Assembly: GCA_965222115.1 (NCBI GenBank)
Contig: CBDCTJ010000007.1
Location: 1,184,001-1,248,000 of the forward strand
Direction: 5' to 3'
From: Planctomycetota bacterium
GTDB lineage: Bacteria > Planctomycetota > PLA2 > JAEUHO01
DNA: 64,000 bases
Below, piece by piece: positions 58,246 to 64,000 of the stretch. The first letter of the stretch is position 1. Each line of letters begins with the position of its first letter. The notes beneath the pieces were generated by a model that saw only the letters and a list, made by a program, of their open reading frames with translations, searched no databases and was not told the DNA's origin. Made by a program: the position numbers and the translations under genes.

Positions 58246-59388
58246 ATGGATTTTGAACTCCCTGAGGACCTCGTGATGCTGCGCGAGGCGGCCGCCGAAT
58301 TTGCGTCGAAGGAGCTGGCGCCGCGGGCCGCCGCGTCCGACGCATCGGAAGCCTTCGTGCGCGAACAGATCGACCTCTGTAGAGAGATGGGCTTTCTCGG
58401 TATGGCCGTTGAAGAGACCTACGGTGGCAGTGCGCTGGGTGCGCTGGGCACCAGCCTCGTTCTCATGGAGGTCAATAAAGCGTGCGCAAGCACCGGCGTC
58501 ACCTTGTCGGTTCACAACAGTTTGACGTGTGAGAGCGTGCAGCGCTTTGGCAACGACGATCAGAAGCAGCGCTATCTTCCGAAGCTTGCCAGCGGCGAGT
58601 GGCTTGGCGCCTATGCCTTGTCCGAAGCGGGCAGTGGCAGCGATGCCGGATCACTTCGTTGCGAAGCGAAGCAGGACGGCGAGAACTGGGTCCTTAACGG
58701 CGCGAAACTCTGGATTAGTCACGGCGATCAGGCCGATCTTGTGGTTGTCTTTGCGCGCACGGATGCCGAGGCCGGTACGCGCGGCATTACGGCCTTCTTG
58801 GTGGAAACTGCAAGCGACGGCTACAAGGCCGGCAAGAAAGAAAAGAAGATGGGGCTGCGCGGCTCCACCACGGTTGAGCTTCAGCTAGATGGTGTTCGCG
58901 TGCCCGGTGCCAATTTGTTGGGCGAAGTCGGTCGCGGCTTTCCGATTGCTCTTTCCCTGCTCGATACGGGGCGCATTGGCATCGCAAGCCAGGCAGTTGG
59001 CATTGCCGAGGCGTGTTTGGAAGCGTCTGTCAAGTACGCCAAAGAACGCAAGCAGTTTGGGAAGCCTATCGCGGCCTTCGGCGCCATTCAGGAGAAGGTC
59101 GCCAATATGGCCACGCGCATCGACGGCGCCAAGCTGCTCACGATGCGCGCAGCCTCCCTCAAGGACGCCGGCAAAGCACACGGGCGCGAGGCCTCCATGG
59201 CCAAGCTTGCCGCGTCGCGCGCAGCGAACTATTGCGCCAAAGAGGCGGTACAGATCCACGGCGGTGCGGGCTACACCACCGACTTTCCCGTAGAACGCTA
59301 CTTCCGCGACGCCCGCGTAACGGAGATTTACGAAGGCACGACGGAGATTCAGCGGCTCGTGATTTCAAGGGCGTATTTGCGCGCATGA
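58246..59388 (+). CDS. Acyl-CoA dehydrogenase (short/branched-chain type)
   Basis: YALSE.GSGSD, NGAKLWI, KMGLRGS, GRIGIASQA, QIHGG.GY and IYEGTTEIQR. Confidence 0.95.
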   Translation: MDFELPEDLVMLREAAAEFASKELAPRAAASDASEAFVREQIDLCREMGFLGMAVEETYGGSALGALGTSLVLMEVNKACASTGVTLSVHNSLTCESVQRFGNDDQKQRYLPKLASGEWLGAYALSEAGSGSDAGSLRCEAKQDGENWVLNGAKLWISHGDQADLVVVFARTDAEAGTRGITAFLVETASDGYKAGKKEKKMGLRGSTTVELQLDGVRVPGANLLGEVGRGFPIALSLLDTGRIGIASQAVGIAEACLEASVKYAKERKQFGKPIAAFGAIQEKVANMATRIDGAKLLTMRAASLKDAGKAHGREASMAKLAASRAANYCAKEAVQIHGGAGYTTDFPVERYFRDARVTEIYEGTTEIQRLVISRAYLRA

Positions 59389-59453
59389 CATGACGCATGT
59401 CGACGCTCCATCTCACGACCTCCGTTCGAATACGACCCGATGAGGATGTTCCT

Positions 59454-60638
59454 TTGACCCAGACCACGCTTACGGCAGAGACACAGCCCTTCCTAACCAG
59501 TGATCATGAAGATGTTCGCTCGATGGTGCGCGAATTTTGTGTCGCCGAAGTTGCTCCACTTGCGGCGGCCTTGGACGAAGAGAAGCGCTTTCCCACCGAG
59601 ACCATTCCCAAGCTCCGCGAGTTGGGTTTGCTAGGTGTGCCGTGGCCCGAAGAAATCGGCGGAACCGGCATGGACTACCTCGCGTACGCGATCGTGGTGG
59701 AAGAGCTCTCGCGCGTCTGTGGCACGACGGGCATTACCGTCGCCGCCCATACCTCCCTTGGCACGGGACCCATCTATAACTTTGGTACACAGGAACAGAA
59801 GGAACGTTGGGTACCCAAGCTGGCCTCAGGCGACATGCTCGGTGCGTTTGCATTGACCGAGCCGGGTGCGGGCTCCGATGCGCGCGCCACCCGCGTGATG
59901 GCCATACCGGATGGCGACCACTTTGTTGTGAACGGCGCCAAGGTCTACTGCACCAACGGCACACACGCGGGCACCATTGTGTTCACGGCGCGCACCGGCG
60001 GCGACGTGGGCGATACGAGCAAGATTTGCGCGTTCGTGGTCGAGAAGGGCACCCCCGGACTCAACTACGGAACGCTTGAAAAGAAGCTTGGCCTGTGTGG
60101 TTCCGATACACGTGAGATTGTGTTTGAAGACTGCCGCATTCCTGCCGCCAACAAGCTTGGCGCCGACGGCCAGGGCTTCAAGCAATTCATGAAAACACTA
60201 GAAGCCGGGCGCATTTCAATCGGTGCCATGGCGCTTGGGTTGGCGCAAGGGGCGCTTGATGTGGCCCTGCCCTATGCAAAGGAGCGCAAGCAGTTTGGCA
60301 AGCGTCTCATCGACATGCAGCCCATCGCTCACAAGCTCGCCAATATGGCGATGGAGATTCACGGCGCGCGCAACTTGGTCTACGAGGCCGCTTGGCGCAA
60401 GGACCGCGGCATGGACTTCGCGCTCATCGGAAGCTACGCCAAGCTCTACGCATCCGAAGTCGCCATGCGCGCCGCCCACGACGCAATCCAAATTCTTGGT
60501 GGCGTGGGTTACACCCGTGAATACCCCGCGGAACGTATCCTGCGCGACGCCAAGCTCTGTGAGATCGGCGAAGGCACTTCCGAGATCCAGCGCATGATCA
60601 TTGCGCGCAATTTGGATCGGTTTGGGACTACCTACTAG
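59454..60638 (+). CDS. Acyl-CoA dehydrogenase
   Basis: [32 protein letters not shown] and [10 protein letters not shown]; start uncertain (TTG 59454 after GAGGA, or ATG 59397). Confidence 0.93.
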   Translation: MTQTTLTAETQPFLTSDHEDVRSMVREFCVAEVAPLAAALDEEKRFPTETIPKLRELGLLGVPWPEEIGGTGMDYLAYAIVVEELSRVCGTTGITVAAHTSLGTGPIYNFGTQEQKERWVPKLASGDMLGAFALTEPGAGSDARATRVMAIPDGDHFVVNGAKVYCTNGTHAGTIVFTARTGGDVGDTSKICAFVVEKGTPGLNYGTLEKKLGLCGSDTREIVFEDCRIPAANKLGADGQGFKQFMKTLEAGRISIGAMALGLAQGALDVALPYAKERKQFGKRLIDMQPIAHKLANMAMEIHGARNLVYEAAWRKDRGMDFALIGSYAKLYASEVAMRAAHDAIQILGGVGYTREYPAERILRDAKLCEIGEGTSEIQRMIIARNLDRFGTTY

Positions 60639-61150
60639 CCCTTTGGTATTGGAATCACCCGATGAGGAATCTCTTCCTCGTCGAGTACTTCGGCGAGCTG
60701 GGCCCACTTGGTAACTTCGGTGCCGAGGAAGTCGGTTGCGGCGTCGCCACACACAATGAGTTCGGGCGAGAGAAATGCCTGCGCGAGCTCCAAGGACTCG
60801 CGGCCGATGATGTTGCGGGCGCGTGGGTCGCCCAGGAAGTCTTCGTAGGCATCGGGGCGGCACAGCACGACGAAGCCCGGAAACAGCAGGAAGTGTCCCA
60901 GGCGCAGTGGAATGCGCACGCGAACGATTTCGCGATTGGCTTTGATGCGTTCGCCCAAATCGCGCGGCGAGATGGCAGCCGGTACCACGAAAGGCGTGGT
61001 CACCATGTCGACGTTGGTGACCTCCACTTCGGTGGTTTCGCTCTCGACCGGATCAATATTCTCAAAGCCCGGTCCTGCGAGCTGTTCGAGAATGGCGCGC
61101 ACAGCGCCGCCAAGGGTGCGAGTGGTGGGGAGCAAGACTTCGATGGCCAT
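60635..61150 (-). CDS. Hypothetical protein
   Basis: Fills the gap between genes and has globular composition; CATCAT 6 nt before ATG 61150. Confidence 0.65.
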   Translation of the reverse strand: MAIEVLLPTTRTLGGAVRAILEQLAGPGFENIDPVESETTEVEVTNVDMVTTPFVVPAAISPRDLGERIKANREIVRVRIPLRLGHFLLFPGFVVLCRPDAYEDFLGDPRARNIIGRESLELAQAFLSPELIVCGDAATDFLGTEVTKWAQLAEVLDEEEIPHRVIPIPKG

Positions 61151-61205
61151 GCGCGAATGATGGGGCAACGCGAGGGGAGGCTTTAGAAATTCCTGCCTGC
61201 CGCCG

Positions 61206-63164
61206 CTAACGACTCGATGCGATCGCGTGAACGGCGTCGGGATTGGCGACGCTGGCCATGTCGCCCAGGGGTTCGTTCAGCCAGCGCTTCTTGATGAGGC
61301 CGCGCACGATCTTGGCCGAGCGGGTTTTGGGCAGCGCATCCACGAATCGAATATCCTTTGGCTTGAGTGTCTTGCCCAGTCGCGCGATGGCGGCATCGAA
61401 GAGTTCCGCGCGGAGCGCTTCGGTTTCCTTGGTGCCCGGCTTGAGAACCACGAACACCATGAGTGTTTCGCCCTTGAGTTTGTCGGGAATGCCAATGGTG
61501 GCGGCTTCACTCGCCCTCGGATGTTCGACAATGGCGGCTTCCACCTCCGCCGGCCCCACGCGTTTGCCCGCTACGTTGATGGTGTCGTCGCTGCGACCGT
61601 GCAGGAACCAAAATCCATCAGCGTCGATGAACGCCCAGTCGCCGTGATACCAAATGTCGTTGCCAAAGCGTTCAAAGTAGGTGGCGAGATAGCGCGCGTC
61701 GTCGCCTAAGAACGACTTTGTGAGACTTGGCGCCGGCTGCTTTAGGACCAGATGGCCAATGCCTTCGCGAATCGGTTTGCCGTCGTCATTAAAGACGTCA
61801 ACGTCCATGCCCAGGCCCGGCCCGCGAAGTGTGCACGACTTCAAGGCCGTGATGGGTAGCGGCGACAAGTGGCATCCCACCAGTTCTGTTCCGCCGCTGA
61901 TATTGATAATGGGGCAACGCGTGTCGCCCACGTGCTCGAAGCACCACGCCCAGGACTCGGGATCCCACGGTTCCCCCGTGGAGCCAATGATGCGTAGCGA
62001 CGACAGATCGTGCCCTTCGGCAAGGTCGTCGCCCGCTTGGCGGAGCAATCGAATGGCGGTGGGCGCGATGCCCAAATGCGTGAGGCGGTGTCGCGCTACG
62101 ATTTCGAAGAGTCGATCCGGATTGGGCCAGTTGGGAGCGCCCTCATAGATCAAGAGCGAGGCACCCAAACTCGTGACGCCAATCATTTCCCAGGGACCCA
62201 TCATCCACCCGATGTCGGTGAGCCAGAAGAAGCGATCCTCGGGCTTTACATCGAACGCGTAGCCGAGCTCTTTGTTCATCTGCGCGAGGCAGCCGGCGTG
62301 CGTATGCACCGTGCCTTTGGGTTTGCCCGTGGTGCCCGACGTGTAGAGCACCATGGCCGGCGCTTCGCTGGGCAGTCGTTCGGTGCTTCGGTCGGGCGCC
62401 TTGTCTTCGATGACGTCGTGCCACCACAGATCGCGCCCCTCCTTCATAGACACATTGTCTTGCTTTGTGTGGCGCAACACGATTTGATGGCGCAATGTGG
62501 ATACGTCGGCAACGGCGCTGTCGGCGTTGGGCTTGATGGGCGACGTCTTGCCGCGTCGGAAGCCACCGTCGGCTGTAAACAACAACACCGCGCCCGCATC
62601 TTTGAGCCGCACAGCCAGTGCTTCGGCACCGAACGCGGAGAAAATCGGAATCGCAACGGCACCTACGTGGAAACACGCGAACAGCGCGGTGACCACCTCG
62701 GGCACCATGGGCATATAGATGCCTACGTGATCGCCCACGCCAACGTCGAGTGAGCGCAATGCGCTTGCCATGCGGCCCACGTCGTCGTGCAATTGTGAGT
62801 AGCTGATGGTGCTCGTGGATCCATCGTCCCCTTCGGCGCGAAGCGCAATCGCGTCGCCGCGACCGCCATTCACATGCCGGTCCACGCAGTTGAGCACGAT
62901 GTTGGTGTGTCCGCCCACGAACCACGATGTCCACGGGAAGCCCTTCGAGCGGTCCAGAGTTTGATCGTAGGGCTTAAACCAAGACAGCCCGAGATCATCC
63001 AACGCCACGTCCCAAAAGCGGGCGATGTCTTCCACCGACCAACGATGAAGTTCGTCGTAGGTGCTGACGCCGGCGCGTTCCATGAGACGCCACACATTCG
63101 TCTTCTTGATGTCGCGTTCGGTGGGTCTCCAGACCACGTCGGAATGGCTTGGCGGTGGCGGCAT
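61206..63164 (-). CDS. AMP-forming acyl-CoA synthetase (acetate--CoA ligase family)
   Basis: YTSGTTGKPKG, DIGWMMG, STGEPW, SGGTE, HGD, GRSDD and LPKTRSAK motifs. Confidence 0.93.
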   Translation of the reverse strand: MPPPPSHSDVVWRPTERDIKKTNVWRLMERAGVSTYDELHRWSVEDIARFWDVALDDLGLSWFKPYDQTLDRSKGFPWTSWFVGGHTNIVLNCVDRHVNGGRGDAIALRAEGDDGSTSTISYSQLHDDVGRMASALRSLDVGVGDHVGIYMPMVPEVVTALFACFHVGAVAIPIFSAFGAEALAVRLKDAGAVLLFTADGGFRRGKTSPIKPNADSAVADVSTLRHQIVLRHTKQDNVSMKEGRDLWWHDVIEDKAPDRSTERLPSEAPAMVLYTSGTTGKPKGTVHTHAGCLAQMNKELGYAFDVKPEDRFFWLTDIGWMMGPWEMIGVTSLGASLLIYEGAPNWPNPDRLFEIVARHRLTHLGIAPTAIRLLRQAGDDLAEGHDLSSLRIIGSTGEPWDPESWAWCFEHVGDTRCPIINISGGTELVGCHLSPLPITALKSCTLRGPGLGMDVDVFNDDGKPIREGIGHLVLKQPAPSLTKSFLGDDARYLATYFERFGNDIWYHGDWAFIDADGFWFLHGRSDDTINVAGKRVGPAEVEAAIVEHPRASEAATIGIPDKLKGETLMVFVVLKPGTKETEALRAELFDAAIARLGKTLKPKDIRFVDALPKTRSAKIVRGLIKKRWLNEPLGDMASVANPDAVHAIASSR

Positions 63165-63319
63165 GGCGCGTCTCCTTCGAAGGCGAGCGCAGTGTAGCCC
63201 CGCGCGGCAAGCCCAGACGATTCACGGATAGCCGGGCTCATGAGAACGAGCGACCGCATCGGGGTTTCAACCGGAATCTCATTGTGTCGATCCATACTGT
63301 TGAACGCCTACAACAAACG

Positions 63320-64000
63320 ATGGATGCCTCAGTGACCACGGAATCAAACCCGCCACCGCTTTCCCTGGATTGGTCCGATCTTGCGTCACCGGTGCCGGAT
63401 GGGACCGATGGATTCGGTGGGGCTGTGGCCGCGCAACTTGAGGGGCTTCAGGCTGAGGACGGTCGCGTTCGCGCACGCACACTCGCTCAGGAGGTTGGGG
63501 CGCTTGCAGGCGTTGGGCGCTATGGCTTCTATGACCTGCCATCGCGTCGCGACTACGTGGTGGATTGTCGCGAGTGGTGCCGCACGCTTCCTCCCGCTCG
63601 AAAGTTCTTGGTGATAGGCATCGGCGGTTCCGCGGCAACCACGCGCGTGCTTCAAGGCCTCGTGCCCCACGGAAGCGAGCGCGCGCTTGTGTTGGACACC
63701 GTGGATCCCCAACCCATTGACACCGTCATGCGCACGTGGGACCCCCGCGAAACGATCGTGTTGGTCATCTCGAAATCAGGCACCACACTTGAAACGCTTT
63801 CCGTATTCGCCTGTATCGAAGCGTGGCTCATCGGTGCGCTCGGTGACGATGCAGTGGGTCGCATAACGGCGATTTGTGGAGAAGAAGAAAATCCTCTTCG
63901 AACCCATGCCATGGAGCGCGGCTATGCCGTGTTGTCGATTCCGTCTGAGGTAGGCGGTCGCTTTTCAGCGTTGACGCCCGTGGGTTTGGCGCCGGCTACG
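63320..64000 (+). CDS. pgi: Glucose-6-phosphate isomerase (partial; runs off the window end)
   Basis: Translated by hand because it is absent from the ORF track: GFYDLP, VIGIGGS, VISKSGTTLET and VGGRFSALTPVGL. Confidence 0.9.
   Translation, partial: MDASVTTESNPPPLSLDWSDLASPVPDGTDGFGGAVAAQLEGLQAEDGRVRARTLAQEVGALAGVGRYGFYDLPSRRDYVVDCREWCRTLPPARKFLVIGIGGSAATTRVLQGLVPHGSERALVLDTVDPQPIDTVMRTWDPRETIVLVISKSGTTLETLSVFACIEAWLIGALGDDAVGRITAICGEEENPLRTHAMERGYAVLSIPSEVGGRFSALTPVGLAPAT

Noticed and set aside
1-64000. tRNA, rRNA, tmRNA, integrase, transposase, phage or defence genes
   Set aside because: No cloverleaf or T-loop signatures were seen in the intergenic gaps, and no ORF carries such motifs

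Overview
A GC-rich, gene-dense 64 kb chromosomal window of about 50 CDSs. It has no recognisable rRNA, tRNA, CRISPR array, prophage or transposase. The gene repertoire (HEAT+VWA, DUF1573 pairs, repeated carboxypeptidase-regulatory-like proteins, secreted hydrolase/PDZ proteins, an FGE-sulfatase-domain protein) suggests a Planctomycetota-like bacterium; this is an inference. Recognisable housekeeping genes are lysC, a LeuA-family synthase, tex, rsmB, a SufS/SufU-like pair beside cysS, aguBA-coaB, aspA, cbs plus a cystathionine lyase, pyrK, hxlB, a thiolase/hbd/acyl-CoA dehydrogenase/acyl-CoA synthetase cluster and a partial pgi. The most interesting signals are mostly not gene-family calls. (1) A REP/REPIN-like palindromic element occurs three times, and its first three bases are the TAA stop codon of a gene each time; a related 32-bp hairpin array sits at 5.4 kb. 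(2) A TAnnnT -10 box lies 6-8 nt before many start codons, suggesting leaderless transcription; one such box marks a nested STAS gene inside an IMPase-STAS fusion. (3) Tandem duplications of 17-18 bp recur in both coding and non-coding DNA. (4) Several unusual fusions are present: cNMP-aspartase, NUDIX-HD and IMPase-STAS. I found no clearly novel multi-gene system.
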